Program-made: the position numbers and the translations under genes | Source: Kofleriaceae bacterium | GTDB taxonomy: Bacteria > Myxococcota_A > Polyangia > Haliangiales > Haliangiaceae | Reading direction: 5' to 3' | DNA: 64,000 nt | Assembly: GCA_041389925.1 (NCBI GenBank) | Contig: JAWKQX010000006.1 | Coordinates: forward strand, 471,837 to 535,836 | The notes under the pieces: generated by a model | Databases searched by the model: none | The model's input: the letters and a program-made list of their open reading frames with translations, nothing else | What the model was told of the DNA's origin: nothing | In this document: piece by piece, positions 24,238 to 35,095 of the stretch | Position numbering within the stretch: the first letter of the stretch is position 1 | How the letters are laid out: each line of letters begins with the position of its first letter

Positions 24238-25332
24238 ATGCGCGCTTCGCTTCGCTCCCTCGCAGCGTCCCCTCGCATCCTCGGTGCCGCGCGGCGGCTC
24301 GCCGTCCTCGGCGTGGCGCTGCTCGCGCTAGGCGCCAGCGCGTGCGGCGCGCCAGCGGCCGGCGGCGGCTCGCTGGCGACCTACTTCGCGCCGGAGCCCG
24401 GCGTGCAGACCGCCGGGGTCCGGATGATCCCCATCACCACGCCCGCGGGCACGTTCAAGGTCTGGACCAAGCGCTTCGGCCACAACCCGCGCGTCCGCCT
24501 GCTCTTGCTGCACGGCGGCCCCGGCGCCTCGCACGAGTACTTCGAGGCGCTGGAGACGCCGCTCGCCGCCGAGGGGATCGAGCTCATCTATTACGATCAG
24601 CTCGGCTCGGCGTACTCCGAGCAGCCCACCGATCCGGCGCTCTGGACGATCGATCGTTTCGTCGACGAGGTCGAGCAGGTGCGGGTGGCGCTCGGGCTCG
24701 ACGCGTCGAACTTCTACCTGCTCGGGCACTCGTGGGGCGGGATCCTCGCGACCGAGTACGCGCTCAAGTACCCTCAGCACCTCAAGGGGCTCATCATCTC
24801 GAACATGATGATGAGCATCCCCGACTACAACCAGTACGCGGCGACCGTGCTGGCCAAGGGGATGGACCCGGCGGTCGTCGCCGAGATCAAGGCGATCGAG
24901 GCGCGCGGTGAGTACGAGAGCCCGCGCTACATGGAGCTGCTCATCCCGAACTTCTACGCCAAGCACATCTGCCGCTTGCCGGAGTGGCCCGACGCGGTCA
25001 ACCGCTCGTTCGCGCGCCTCAACAAGCAGATCTACGTCTCCATGCAGGGCCCGAGCGAGTTCGGCGCCTCCGGGCTCCTGGAGAAGTGGGATCGCAAGGC
25101 GGACCTGCCCAAGCTGACCATGCCGACGCTCGTCATCGGCGCGGCCCACGACACGATGGATCCGGAGCACATGCGCTGGATGTCGACGCAGCTCCCGCGC
25201 GGCCAGTTCCTGCTGTGCCCCGAGGGCAGCCACATGGCGATGTGGGATGACCAAGCGGTTTACGTCCGAGGCCTCCTCGAGTTCCTCCGCTCCGTCGATG
25301 AAGGCGCCGCGCGCGGCCCCGCCGCGCGCTGA
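24238..25332 (+). CDS. pip: Proline iminopeptidase (S33 alpha/beta hydrolase), secreted or lipoprotein
   Basis: The internal ATG (MRASLRS) is preceded by GAGGG, while the track starts at a GTG at 24223. Signal and lipobox LGASAC. The nucleophile elbow is GHSWGG, and the sequence resembles Pip proteins ([10 protein letters not shown]). Confidence 0.85.
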   Translation: MRASLRSLAASPRILGAARRLAVLGVALLALGASACGAPAAGGGSLATYFAPEPGVQTAGVRMIPITTPAGTFKVWTKRFGHNPRVRLLLLHGGPGASHEYFEALETPLAAEGIELIYYDQLGSAYSEQPTDPALWTIDRFVDEVEQVRVALGLDASNFYLLGHSWGGILATEYALKYPQHLKGLIISNMMMSIPDYNQYAATVLAKGMDPAVVAEIKAIEARGEYESPRYMELLIPNFYAKHICRLPEWPDAVNRSFARLNKQIYVSMQGPSEFGASGLLEKWDRKADLPKLTMPTLVIGAAHDTMDPEHMRWMSTQLPRGQFLLCPEGSHMAMWDDQAVYVRGLLEFLRSVDEGAARGPAAR

Positions 25333-25391
25333 CCGAGAGTCCACCCTGGGCCTTTCCTTGGCCCGAGCGCGGGGGTAGAGTCCGACCCCGC

Positions 25392-26150
25392 ATGGCGGAA
25401 CCAAGTCCGAGCGGGAAGCCCGCGTACAAGCGGGTGCTACTCAAGATCTCGGGTGAGGCGCTGATGGGCGAGCGCGCCTACGGCGTCAACCCGGAGGTGC
25501 TGGCGCTCGTCGCCGATCAGATCGTGGAGACCGCGCGGCTCGGCGTCGAGCTCGCGGTGGTGGTCGGCGGCGGCAACATCTTTCGCGGCGTCTCGGAGTC
25601 GGCCAAGGGCATGGACCGAGCGTCCGCCGACTACGTCGGCATGCTGGCGACGGTGATGAACGCGGTCAGCCTGCAAGAGGCCATCGAGAAGCGCGGCATG
25701 CCGACGCGCGTGCAGTCGGCGATCGACATCCAGCAGCTCGCCGAGCCGTACATCCGGCGTCGCGCGATCCGCCACCTGGAGAAGGGCCGCGTGGTGATCT
25801 TCGCGGCCGGCACCGGCAACCCGTTCTTCACCACCGACACCGCCGCGGCGCTGCGGTCCATGGAGATCGGCGCCGAGATCCTGCTCAAGGCGACCAAGGT
25901 CGACGGCGTCTACGACAAGGACCCGCGCAAGCACGCCGACGCCCGACGCTATCGGCAGGTCACGTTCACCGACGCGTTGCGCCAGGATCTCAAGGTCATG
26001 GACGCGACCGCGTTCGCGCTCTGTCGCGACAACGAGATGGGCATCATCGTGTTCGACATGACGACTCGTGGCAATATCCAGCGAGTGGTCTGCGGTGAGC
26101 CGGTCGGCACGACGATCGTGAAAGACCAGCTCACCACCACCTTTGCCTGA
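25392..26150 (+). CDS. pyrH: Uridylate kinase
   Basis: [12 protein letters not shown]...[10 protein letters not shown] is the canonical UMP kinase sequence. Confidence 0.95.
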   Translation: MAEPSPSGKPAYKRVLLKISGEALMGERAYGVNPEVLALVADQIVETARLGVELAVVVGGGNIFRGVSESAKGMDRASADYVGMLATVMNAVSLQEAIEKRGMPTRVQSAIDIQQLAEPYIRRRAIRHLEKGRVVIFAAGTGNPFFTTDTAAALRSMEIGAEILLKATKVDGVYDKDPRKHADARRYRQVTFTDALRQDLKVMDATAFALCRDNEMGIIVFDMTTRGNIQRVVCGEPVGTTIVKDQLTTTFA

Positions 26151-26190
26151 CATCGCGGCGCGGCCGCAACCGAGGACCCCCGAGGACCCT

Positions 26191-26748
26191 ATGATCAACG
26201 ACATCAGCAAGGATGCCGAAGAAGGCATGACCAAGGCCATCGACTCGTTCAAGCGCGACCTCACCAAGGTGCGCACCGGGCGAGCCAACACCGCGATGCT
26301 CGACGGGATCAAGGTCGACTACTACGGCACGCCGACGCCGGTGAACCAGGTCGCGACGGTGCAGGTCGTGGACGCTCGGATGATCACGGTCAAGCCGTGG
26401 GAGAAGGCGATGATCCCGATCATCGACAAGGCGATCCGCGCGAGCGACCTCGGCATCAACCCGGTGCCCGACACCGATCTGGTGCGCCTGCCCATCCCCC
26501 CGCTCACGCAGGAGCGCCGCAAGGAGCTGGCGAAGGTGGTCAAGAAGCAGAGCGAGGTCGCGAGGGTGGCGGTGCGGCAGGCTCGCAAGGACGCCATGGA
26601 CATGCTCAAGGACGCCGAGAAAGAGAAGAGCATCTCCGAGGACGAGCGGAAGGTCGGGGAGAAAAAAGTGCAGGACCTTACCGACAAATACGTGGCTATC
26701 ATTGACGACATCTCGGGCAGCAAAGAGAAAGAGATCATGGAGCTGTGA
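26191..26748 (+). CDS. frr: Ribosome recycling factor
   Basis: Start MINDISKD at 26191. An RRF-family sequence of 185 aa that follows pyrH as in most bacteria. Confidence 0.95.
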   Translation: MINDISKDAEEGMTKAIDSFKRDLTKVRTGRANTAMLDGIKVDYYGTPTPVNQVATVQVVDARMITVKPWEKAMIPIIDKAIRASDLGINPVPDTDLVRLPIPPLTQERRKELAKVVKKQSEVARVAVRQARKDAMDMLKDAEKEKSISEDERKVGEKKVQDLTDKYVAIIDDISGSKEKEIMEL

Positions 26749-26828
26749 AGCCGCCGACCGCCGCGTAGCGCGGCGACGTTGGCGCGCGGCGCGCTTCCAA
26801 ACCCCTTGAAATCGCGTATGCTAGCGCG

Positions 26829-28904
26829 ATGGCCGGCATCCCAGCGGGTGCTGGGGCGCTGCTCGGGAAGCGTCTCGGTAAGTACGAAATCCTTGCGCTC
26901 CTCGCGCTCGGCGGCACCGCCGAGATCTACTTGGCGCGCATCGGTGGGGCGGCCGGCTTCGAGAAGTACGTGGTGGTCAAGTGCCTCCACGATCACCTGG
27001 TAGACGACCCCGAGTTCGTCCGCATGTTCCTCGACGAGGCGCGCCTCGCCGCGCTGCTCGATCACTCCAACATCGTCCAGACGTTCGAGCTCGGGGAGCA
27101 CGAGGGTCGCTACTACATGGTCATGGAGTTCCTCGCGGGGCTCTCGCTGGCGATGGTGGTGCGGCGGGCCGCGGAGCGACTCCCCGGCGGACGCCTGCCG
27201 GTTCCGCTCGTGCTCAACGCCTGCGCCCAGGCGTGCGCCGGCCTGCAGTACGCGCACGAGCGCAATAACGGCGGTCGCGTGCTCAACATCGTCCACCGCG
27301 ACATGTCTCCCCAGAACCTGGTGGTGACCTTCGAGGGCGTGGTGAAGGTCGTCGACTTCGGCATCGCCAAGGCGGAGATGCGCGAGACCCGCACGCGCTC
27401 GGGCACCATCAAGGGCAAGTTCGCCTATATGTCGCCCGAGCAGTGCGTGGCGAACAACGTCGATCGCCGGACGGACGTGTTCGCGCTCGGCGTCATCCTG
27501 CACGAGCTCCTGACCGGGCGGCGGCTGTTCAAGCGCCCGTCGCCATATGACACGTATCAAGCGGTGATCGAGTGCAACGTGGTGCCGCCGTCGCAGCTCA
27601 ACCACGAGCTGGATCCATCGCTCGATCCGATCGTCCTGCGCGCGCTTGCGAAGGACAAGGACCAGCGCTACGAGACGGCCGAGCTCTTCGGCGACGCGCT
27701 GATGGGGTACCTGCACCACCGCGGCAAGGGCTCGGGGCCCGGCGAGCTCGCGCGCTTCTTCGACACGCACTTCACCCAGGAGCTGGAGGAGCACTCTTCG
27801 CGCATGCGCGACCTCATCTCCGGCCGGGAAGTGCCCGTGGACGGAGGCGCGAGCTGGGACGAAGAGCTCGACGCGGCGGTGGAGGCGGCGCGCGACGCCG
27901 ACCTCCGCGCCGAGCAGGCGGAGGCGCTCGACGCCGGGCCGGCGGCGTCGGCCAGCGGCGAGATCCTGGCCGCGTCGGCGCGTCCTCTGAGCGCCGGCCA
28001 GGGCGTCCATGAGGACGACGAGCTCGCCGCGGATCGCACGCGCATCGAGGAGAACCCGCTCGACCTGGCGCCGACGGTGCGGCCCGGCACGCTCGACATC
28101 GCCGATCTGGGGGATTGGGTCGGGGACCTCTCGAGCAGCCCCGATGCCGCGCCTCACGTCGAGGCTGCAGCACAGGGTGCCTCCGGCGTGAGCGTCGATC
28201 TGCACGCCGCCGCGCCGACGGTGCTCGCGGAGCCGATCGCGGCGAGCGGCCCGGCGGGGGACTTGGAGCACGCGACGGTGGTGGCGCCAGGAATCACCCC
28301 GACCCCGCCGCCGTTGCCCCGGGCGGGCGCGGGGGGCGCGGCGGGCGTCGAGGCGCCGACGCTGCTCGCGGCGCCGGTGACTCCCGAGCGGCCCCCGCTA
28401 CCGCCGCACTTCGCGCCGCCGTCGGCGGCCACGCCGCCACCTCCCCCGAGCGCCGTAGCCCGACCGGCGGGGCCCGACGCATCGGCGCCGGTCCCTGCGT
28501 TTGTCCCCTCCGCGGGCGGCTCTGGCGCGGCGGCGGCGGCTCCGCCTCCGGGGACGCCCCCGTTGGACCCCGGCTCGCCCGGCGCAGGTGCGCCGCCCGG
28601 CCCGCGCGGGGCTGGCCCTGGGCCCGCGCCCGGCGGTCCTGGCCTGGGGCCGGACGCCGGGTATCCTCCTCGACCGGGAGGGCCCGGCCCCGACGTCAAC
28701 GGGCGGCCCGGCGGCTTTCCTCCGGGGCCGGGCGGCCCCCCGCACCTCATGAGCCCCGTCGGGCCGGGGATGCCGAACGTCAACTGGGACGAGATGGCGG
28801 CGCGCCGAGCGAAGTCCTTGCCCTGGTGGGGACTCGCGCTCATGTTCGTGGCGGTCGTGGGCTTCGCGCTCGGGCTGACGTTCATCGTCGCGCAGGCCTT
28901 CTGA
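26829..28904 (+). CDS. Hanks-type Ser/Thr protein kinase with long Pro/Gly-rich disordered region and C-terminal TM tail anchor
   Basis: GGTAEIYLA, VVVKCL, HRDMSPQNLV, DFGIAK and SPEQ. The C-terminal 25 residues are hydrophobic (WWGLALMFVAVVGFALGLTFIVAQAF). Confidence 0.85.
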   Translation: MAGIPAGAGALLGKRLGKYEILALLALGGTAEIYLARIGGAAGFEKYVVVKCLHDHLVDDPEFVRMFLDEARLAALLDHSNIVQTFELGEHEGRYYMVMEFLAGLSLAMVVRRAAERLPGGRLPVPLVLNACAQACAGLQYAHERNNGGRVLNIVHRDMSPQNLVVTFEGVVKVVDFGIAKAEMRETRTRSGTIKGKFAYMSPEQCVANNVDRRTDVFALGVILHELLTGRRLFKRPSPYDTYQAVIECNVVPPSQLNHELDPSLDPIVLRALAKDKDQRYETAELFGDALMGYLHHRGKGSGPGELARFFDTHFTQELEEHSSRMRDLISGREVPVDGGASWDEELDAAVEAARDADLRAEQAEALDAGPAASASGEILAASARPLSAGQGVHEDDELAADRTRIEENPLDLAPTVRPGTLDIADLGDWVGDLSSSPDAAPHVEAAAQGASGVSVDLHAAAPTVLAEPIAASGPAGDLEHATVVAPGITPTPPPLPRAGAGGAAGVEAPTLLAAPVTPERPPLPPHFAPPSAATPPPPPSAVARPAGPDASAPVPAFVPSAGGSGAAAAAPPPGTPPLDPGSPGAGAPPGPRGAGPGPAPGGPGLGPDAGYPPRPGGPGPDVNGRPGGFPPGPGGPPHLMSPVGPGMPNVNWDEMAARRAKSLPWWGLALMFVAVVGFALGLTFIVAQAF

Positions 28905-28959
28905 GCACGCCGCGCCTCGAGCGCGTCGCACCGCCGAGGCCTGCCCCCGTCGGCGCTCG

Positions 28960-30372
28960 TCAGCTCCGCGGCCGTGGGATGCGGTAGATCTGGATGCGGT
29001 TGACCAGCGTCGTGCGCGAGACGCCGAGCTGCTTGGCCGCGCGCGTCTGGTTTCCGGCGCACGCCTCGAGCGCCGCGATGACCTGCTCGCGGTCGCGGCG
29101 CTGCTCCGCGGTGAGGCCGACGAGCGCGGCGTCGTCGGGGTCGCCGTCGCGCGGCGCGTCCATCGCGGCGGCGACGATGTGCGCGCCGCTCGGCGGCGCG
29201 GCCACGCCCGGTGCCGGCGCCGGCGCCGCGCTCGCCGGGGTCGCCGCGGGCTCCACGCTCGGTGTGAAGGCGAGGTGCCGCCGCCGGACCTCGTCTCCGC
29301 GCGTGAGCAAGAGGCTGCGCTCGAGCACCGCGCGCAGCTCGCGCACGTTCCCGGGCCAGTCGTAAGCGCCGAGGGCCTCGAGCGCATCGGGCGTCAGGTG
29401 CGCCTTGCGGTTGGCGCGCGCGCACGCCTGGGCGAACAGCTCCACGGCCAGCACGCCGATGCGATCGCGGCGCTCGCGCAGCGGCGGGATGATCAGCGTG
29501 ATCCCGTCGAGACGGAAGTACAGATCGTGGCGGAACCGCTTCTCCGCGACCTCGGTGGGCAGGTCGCGGTTGGTGGCGGCGACGAAGCGGACGTCGATCT
29601 TCACCGGCCGGGTCGAGCCCAGGCGCAGGATCTCCCGAGACTCGACGGCGCGCAGCAGCTTGGCCTGGATGCCCAGCGGGAGCTCGCCGATCTCGTCGAG
29701 GAACACCGTGCCGCCCTGGGCCGACTCGAGCAGGCCGATCTTGGTCGCCAGCGCGCCGGTGAACGCGCCGCGCTCGTGACCGAACAGCTCGCTCTCGAGC
29801 AGCGGCTCCGCGAGCGCCGCGCAGTTGATGCGCGCGAGCTCGCCGGCGCGCTTGGAGAGCTTGTGGATCGTGTCCGCGAGCACCTCCTTGCCCACGCCGG
29901 AGGCCCCGAGGATCAGCACGCTGATGTCGCTCGCCGCGACCTCCCGGACGAAGGTGGGCACGCCGTCGACGACGGGGTTGGTGACGCGCAGGCGCTCCCC
30001 GCCGGAGCGGCGAGAGGTGGTGTCCGTCTCTCGCGCGCGCTGGACGAACACGAACGAGAAGGGGCCGATGTGGAAGCTCTCCCCCGGGCGCAGCGTCACC
30101 GGCGCGCCGCCGCGGTAGCTCTCGCCGGACACGCGCAGCCCGTTGGTCGAGCCCAGGTCCTCGATGGTGATCGGCGGGCCGAGGCTCAGCCGGGCGTGGC
30201 GGCGGGAGAGCGTTCGGTGATTGACGACGATGTCGCACTGCGGATCGCGACCGATGATGATCGTTGGCTGATCCAGCGGGAACGTCAGGAGCTGTCCCGG
30301 CCCCGCGACCAGCAAGAGATCGCCGGAGATCGGCTCCCCGCGTGGCTCGCGAATGGTGATGTGAGTGCTCAT
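28960..30372 (-). CDS. Sigma-54-dependent transcriptional activator with N-terminal FHA domain (FHA-AAA+-HTH)
   Basis: FHA motif ([24 protein letters not shown]...GSTNGLRV). Sigma54 AAA+ signatures ([35 protein letters not shown]). C-terminal Fis-type HTH. Confidence 0.9.
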   Translation of the reverse strand: MSTHITIREPRGEPISGDLLLVAGPGQLLTFPLDQPTIIIGRDPQCDIVVNHRTLSRRHARLSLGPPITIEDLGSTNGLRVSGESYRGGAPVTLRPGESFHIGPFSFVFVQRARETDTTSRRSGGERLRVTNPVVDGVPTFVREVAASDISVLILGASGVGKEVLADTIHKLSKRAGELARINCAALAEPLLESELFGHERGAFTGALATKIGLLESAQGGTVFLDEIGELPLGIQAKLLRAVESREILRLGSTRPVKIDVRFVAATNRDLPTEVAEKRFRHDLYFRLDGITLIIPPLRERRDRIGVLAVELFAQACARANRKAHLTPDALEALGAYDWPGNVRELRAVLERSLLLTRGDEVRRRHLAFTPSVEPAATPASAAPAPAPGVAAPPSGAHIVAAAMDAPRDGDPDDAALVGLTAEQRRDREQVIAALEACAGNQTRAAKQLGVSRTTLVNRIQIYRIPRPRS

Positions 30373-30436
30373 AGAGAGGGCGGCAAGAGGCAGGTATCGC
30401 TAGGGGCGAGGTGGCAGGAGCGCCCCTTTCGTCGGA

Positions 30437-30841
30437 TCAGTTACGCATGAGGCCGAGGAGCTTGGACATGGATTTCTCATCGGCCGGAGGGAAATCATAG
30501 TCAAGAAAGTCGCGCGACGTCACCCACCGGAGATCTGCCACGTTGGCCGGATAGGGCCGGGCCTCCTCGGGTAGGCTGCACGCAAACATCGTCAGGTGAA
30601 CCTCGTAGTCGCTGTACTCGTGGTGTTGCTCGCCGAGCTTGGCGCCCACCACGATGTCGACGCCGATGCGCCCGCGCACCTCGCGGCGCAGCGTCGTGGT
30701 CTCGTCCTCGTCCGCCTCGATGCGGCCGCCGGGGAACTCCCAGAGCAGCGGCAGCACGGCGTTGGCGTTGCGCTGGGTGATGAGGTAGCGACCCTGGTGT
30801 TCGATCACCGCCGCGACCACGCGGATCACCTGCTTGGTCAT
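30437..30841 (-). CDS. NUDIX hydrolase (MutT-like)
   Basis: Nudix box GGRIEADEDETTTLRREVRGRIGVD matches GX5EX7REUXEEXGU. 134 aa. Confidence 0.85.
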   Translation of the reverse strand: MTKQVIRVVAAVIEHQGRYLITQRNANAVLPLLWEFPGGRIEADEDETTTLRREVRGRIGVDIVVGAKLGEQHHEYSDYEVHLTMFACSLPEEARPYPANVADLRWVTSRDFLDYDFPPADEKSMSKLLGLMRN

Positions 30842-30908
30842 CGCTCGCGATTATCAATGCTTTCACGCGGATTGCAACGACGCAGGCACGCCGCTATCCT
30901 GCGCCGCC

Positions 30909-31310
30909 ATGGCCATCCGCTTCGTCGAGATTCACCCTAGCCCCGATCCCGAAAAGCTGAACCACGAGTGGGTCATCCTCGAGAATGACGGGAAAGTTCC
31001 CTTCCATACCCGCGGCTGCGGGATGACGGTGGGGCGCCGCGGGTCGAACAAGAAATCCCTGTTGGGGGTGATCGATCCCGGCTTCGTGCTCGCGCCCGGT
31101 GAGCGCATGCGCATGTGCACCGGGAACCCGGGCACCGAGGCCCACGGCCCGCCGCCCGAGGACGACGTGAAGAACTACTACCTCTTCTTGCCCAAGACGT
31201 ACCTCAAGGGCGCGGCGACGGTCCTGACCTTGACGCTGCGCGGTCTGCCGGTGGCCAAGGCGGAGCACGACCCGGCGACCGAGCGCGGGCTCGCGGCTGC
31301 GACGAAATAG
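30909..31310 (+). CDS. Hypothetical small protein, possible lamin-tail-domain-like fold
   Basis: Start MAIRFVEIHP at 30909. The HEWVILENDG pattern resembles the LTD EFVEL.N motif. No other recognisable features. Confidence 0.4.
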   Translation: MAIRFVEIHPSPDPEKLNHEWVILENDGKVPFHTRGCGMTVGRRGSNKKSLLGVIDPGFVLAPGERMRMCTGNPGTEAHGPPPEDDVKNYYLFLPKTYLKGAATVLTLTLRGLPVAKAEHDPATERGLAAATK

Positions 31311-31331
31311 CGCGCCTCGGCTGGCCGGCTC

Positions 31332-32102
31332 TCAGAAAGATCTGGACTGGCAGCCATCCACCACCACGCACGCGCCGTTGACCCAGCGCGCGCGCGGCGA
31401 GGCGAGGAACGCGACGACGTCGGCGACCTCCTCCGCGGCGCCGAAGCGACCGCCGGGGATCTCGCGCTTGACCCACTCCGCCATCTCCTGGGGGTTCGCG
31501 TCCCGGCGGCGCTCCCAGCCGCCGCCGGGGAAGAGGATCGATCCGGGCGCGACGCTGTTGACGCGGATCCCCTCGGACGCGTAGTCGCGTGCCATCGCCT
31601 TGGCCAGCGCGATCACCGCGGCCTTGGCGGTGTTGTAGCCGGGCGAGCCTCCGCCCTCGCGGCCCCAGATCGACGAGATCATCGTGATCGAGCCGCCGCC
31701 GCGCGCGCGCAGGAGGGGCACCGCGTGCCGGGCGACGCGCGCGGCCGTCCACAGGTTTGCGTCCAGCGAGCGTTGGAGATCTTCGTCGTCCATCTCGTCG
31801 CAGGTGCGCGCGAACGCCTGGCCGACGTTGGCGACCACGACGTCGAGGCCGCCGAGGTCCCGCGCGGCGGCCTCGACGGCGGCGGCGGCCCCTGCGGCGG
31901 TGGCGACGTCGGCGAGCACGCTCGCGTGCGGCCCTCCACCGGCGGCCGCGAGCGCTTCCTTCGCCGCGGCGAGGTCGGCCTCTCCGCGCGCCACGGCGAG
32001 CACGCGCGCGCCCTCGGCGGCGAGCGTCAGCGCGATCGCGCGGCCGATGCCGCGGCTCGCGCCGGTGACGAGGCACAGCTTGTCTCGAAGTCCCAGATCC
32101 AT
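31332..32102 (-). CDS. Short-chain dehydrogenase/reductase (SDR) family oxidoreductase
   Basis: TGASRGIGRAIA glycine-rich motif, NAG-like motif (VVANVG), and catalytic YNTAKAAV (YxxxK). Confidence 0.85.
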   Translation of the reverse strand: MDLGLRDKLCLVTGASRGIGRAIALTLAAEGARVLAVARGEADLAAAKEALAAAGGGPHASVLADVATAAGAAAAVEAAARDLGGLDVVVANVGQAFARTCDEMDDEDLQRSLDANLWTAARVARHAVPLLRARGGGSITMISSIWGREGGGSPGYNTAKAAVIALAKAMARDYASEGIRVNSVAPGSILFPGGGWERRRDANPQEMAEWVKREIPGGRFGAAEEVADVVAFLASPRARWVNGACVVVDGCQSRSF

Positions 32103-32157
32103 GGCGCGAGGATGGTCGCCGCCGCCAGGAGCGTCAAGGGGCGCCGCCGCGCGAAGG

Positions 32158-33324
32158 TCAGCGCGGGCCGAGCAGGAACTGCAGCGCGCCGGGGAGCCGC
32201 TGCCGCCAGTACACCTCGCTGTGGCTCGCGCCCGCCTGCACCAGCGACTTGACGGTCACACCCGGCTTCTGGCGCCACACGTCCGCCAGGGCCGCGGTGT
32301 TGACCTTGTCGTCGCTCGACGGCCCGGCGTCGCCGGAGTCGAGGTAGATCTTCGCCGGCAGGGGCCCGGTCGCCGCGCTGCTCTGCCCGAGGATCCAGGT
32401 GTTGGCCCACCACGTCGACGGCGAGAGCGCCCCGACGTTGCGGAACACGTCCGGTCGCTGCAGGCCGGCCCACACCGACACCAGGCCGCCGAGCGACGAG
32501 CCGAGGATCGCGGTGTGGTCGGCGTCCGGCTGGGTGCGGAGCTGGAGGTCCATCTGCGGCTTGAGCTCCTCGATGAGGAACCGCAGGTACTGGGACGCGT
32601 TGCCGCCGCCGTAGCTGGGATCCGGAACCGGCGTGTACTCGGCGATGCGATCGACGTCGTTGTCGACGCCGATGATGATGGCCTCGTGGATGAGCCCGTC
32701 GCGCGCGCCCTGGTCCATCGCCGCGGCGACCGCCCACGAGACCCCGCCAAACGCGTACGAGTCGAGGAAGAGGTTCTGCCCGTCGTGCATGTACACCACC
32801 GGGTAGCGCTCCGCCGGGTTCTCGTCATACGAGGGCGGCGTGTACGTCCAGATCGCGCGCTGGTCGTTGAGGATGTTGGAGCGCCAGTTCGGCGTGCGGG
32901 TGAGCCGCCCGGAGCTGTGAAAGAAGAACGGCCACAGCTCGACCGACTGACCGGGGGCGAAGCGCCAGTTCGGCCCGATCGCCCAGGTGACATTGTCGAA
33001 CATCGGCTTGCACTCGAACGCCCCCTGCGCGGTCAGGGTCACGCGCCAGACATCTCCGGTGGTCCACGTCGTCTCGATCGCGTTGTTCCAGCTCCGACCA
33101 TCGCCGCCGCAGCGGAGCGTGATCCGGTGGCCCCAGCCCGTCGGGTAGTGCACCGCGATCGCGACCGCGCCCGCCGCGGTCTGCGCGATGGGGTCGTCCG
33201 TGCTCTCCGCCGGCTCGACGAACGTGCTCGCGCAGGCCTCGAGCGCGAGCGAGGTGGCGAGGAGGAGGAGGAGCGCCGCGCCGCGAGCGAGGCGGCGGGA
33301 GCGCGCGGAGGACGACGTCATCAT
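32158..33324 (-). CDS. Secreted esterase (PF00756-like putative esterase / enterochelin-esterase-like) lipoprotein with N-terminal beta-sandwich domain
   Basis: Lipoprotein signal (LALEACAS). The C-terminal half has a GSSLGG nucleophile elbow and VYMHDGQNLF, typical of esterase D/Fes-like alpha/beta hydrolases. Confidence 0.8.
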   Translation of the reverse strand: MMTSSSARSRRLARGAALLLLLATSLALEACASTFVEPAESTDDPIAQTAAGAVAIAVHYPTGWGHRITLRCGGDGRSWNNAIETTWTTGDVWRVTLTAQGAFECKPMFDNVTWAIGPNWRFAPGQSVELWPFFFHSSGRLTRTPNWRSNILNDQRAIWTYTPPSYDENPAERYPVVYMHDGQNLFLDSYAFGGVSWAVAAAMDQGARDGLIHEAIIIGVDNDVDRIAEYTPVPDPSYGGGNASQYLRFLIEELKPQMDLQLRTQPDADHTAILGSSLGGLVSVWAGLQRPDVFRNVGALSPSTWWANTWILGQSSAATGPLPAKIYLDSGDAGPSSDDKVNTAALADVWRQKPGVTVKSLVQAGASHSEVYWRQRLPGALQFLLGPR

Positions 33325-33515
33325 GCGGGGACACCTACCGTGTCACGCCCCGCGGTTGCAAGCGCCAATCGCGTCGCGGCGCGCGGCGGGGAGCGCGCCG
33401 CGACGGAGGCGAGGCGAGGAGTGTAGCGGCTCCTACGCGACCCGCGCGCGTCGGACCTGTGGTCCGTGGCCCGACGCGCTACGGGTCACATCCCGCGCGT
33501 CGCGCGTGGTCTGCG

Positions 33516-33998
33516 CTACGCGCGCTCGTCCTCGACGCCCGGCAGGTCGAGCTGCGGCAGCTCGCCGGGGCGCGCAGCCTCACCTTCGAGCCGGAGGTCG
33601 CCGTGCTCATCCTGGTAGTTCGCGGCGAGCCGCCGCGCCGCCACACGATCGATGGAATCGAGGCGGTGCAGCGCGGCCCGCACGATGTCGCTCCACGCGA
33701 CCGAGCGCTGGCCCGCGTCGACCAGGGTGGCCTCGATGTCGCGCGCCACCCGGCGCAGCACCTCGTCCTTGACGCCGCGCCACCCGCTCACTCGCAGCAA
33801 CGAGCGGACGAGCTTGTCGCCGTCGAACGGCTCGACGGAGCCGTCGCGCTTCTCCACCCTCAGGCTCGGCTGGCCGACGCGCTCATACGTGGTGAAGCGA
33901 CGGCGGCACGAGTTACACACGCGCCGCCGCCGCAGGCCGTCGGGGACGACGCGGGTCTCGGTGACGTTGGAGTCCTCGCCGCAGTACGGGCATTGCAC
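33516..33998 (-). CDS. nrdR: Transcriptional repressor NrdR
   Basis: GTG start. N-terminal zinc ribbon CPYCG...CNSCRRRF followed by an ATP-cone. NrdR-typical MQCPYC...VIDSR-like layout. Confidence 0.9.
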   Translation of the reverse strand: MQCPYCGEDSNVTETRVVPDGLRRRRVCNSCRRRFTTYERVGQPSLRVEKRDGSVEPFDGDKLVRSLLRVSGWRGVKDEVLRRVARDIEATLVDAGQRSVAWSDIVRAALHRLDSIDRVAARRLAANYQDEHGDLRLEGEAARPGELPQLDLPGVEDERA

Positions 33999-34051
33999 GG
34001 CCCGCGCAGCTTACCTCAAGTCGTGCGCCCACCGGTCGCGGCGGGCGCGAC

Positions 34052-35071
34052 CTACTTGGTCGATGGGGCGCAGCGCAGCTTGGCCGCCAGGCTCGGGGCG
34101 CCCTGCGTGTCGGAGAAGCGGTAGAGGACGTCGCCAGAGACCGCCATCGCCTCGCTGAAGCCGACCCCGAGCGGTCCGAGCGAGACCACCTCCGCGTCGG
34201 CGGGGCTGCGCCAGCGCTCCACCCGCCACACGCGGTTGAGATCGAAGAGGTTGGCGCCAGCCCACAGCGTCTCGCCGTCGATGTAGCAGTCCGCAAGCGC
34301 GTTGGGCCTGGTCACCGCGATCGAGCGCGCGAGATCGAGCTGCAGGTGGCCGCCGCGCTCGACGAGGCAGTAGAGCTTTCCCTCGGCCTTGCTGGCCGCC
34401 ATGCCAACGCAGGCGTCGGCCGACGCGGCGCCCCGCGCGGGATCGGGCCGCAGGCAGAGCCCCTCGAAGTTCTTCCCGCAGTTGACGCGCTCGGGGGCGC
34501 ACACGACGGCGTCGGGGGAGGGCGGCGCGGGCCCGAGCGGGCTCGGCCCCTCGACGAGCTCGAAGCCGGGGCGCGCGCCGCCGCGTCGCTTCCACGCGCG
34601 CAGCCAGCCGGCGGAGGTCAGCGCCCAGATCCGGTCGCCGCGCACCGCGAGACCCTCGAGATCGTCGCCGGGGCCGCCGAGCGGGAGCTGTCCGCGCTCG
34701 CGCACCGCGCCGGTCTGCGGATCGAGCAGGAGGTAGGCGCCGTGGTGCCCGCTGTCGGCGATGACCATCACGGTGGCGACGCCGTCGAGCGTCGTCGCGA
34801 TGGCGCCGGAGGCCTCGGCGATCGGCACGTCCGACGCGAACGGCTCCGCGGTGCAGGTCAGGGCGCTCGCGGCCTCGCCGGCGGGCGGCGCCCCGGCGGT
34901 GGGCGGCGTCGACGCGGGCGCTGCCTCAGGCGCCGCGGCGGCCGGCGGCGCGGGCTCGCTCGTCCGTCGCTGCTCCGCGCCAGCGCGGCAGCCGCCCAGC
35001 GCCAGCGCGAGGAGCAGCGCGGCCCGGCCGGCTCGGATTCGGTCGGTAGAGCCGATGACGCGAGTGCGCAT
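34052..35071 (-). CDS. Hypothetical lipoprotein (beta-rich, possibly beta-propeller)
   Basis: Start MRTRVIG at 35071. Lipobox LALGGC. Pro/Ala-rich linker. No catalytic motifs recognised. Confidence 0.55.
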   Translation of the reverse strand: MRTRVIGSTDRIRAGRAALLLALALGGCRAGAEQRRTSEPAPPAAAAPEAAPASTPPTAGAPPAGEAASALTCTAEPFASDVPIAEASGAIATTLDGVATVMVIADSGHHGAYLLLDPQTGAVRERGQLPLGGPGDDLEGLAVRGDRIWALTSAGWLRAWKRRGGARPGFELVEGPSPLGPAPPSPDAVVCAPERVNCGKNFEGLCLRPDPARGAASADACVGMAASKAEGKLYCLVERGGHLQLDLARSIAVTRPNALADCYIDGETLWAGANLFDLNRVWRVERWRSPADAEVVSLGPLGVGFSEAMAVSGDVLYRFSDTQGAPSLAAKLRCAPSTK

Positions 35072-35095
35072 GCGAGCTAGCCTACTGCCACCGCG

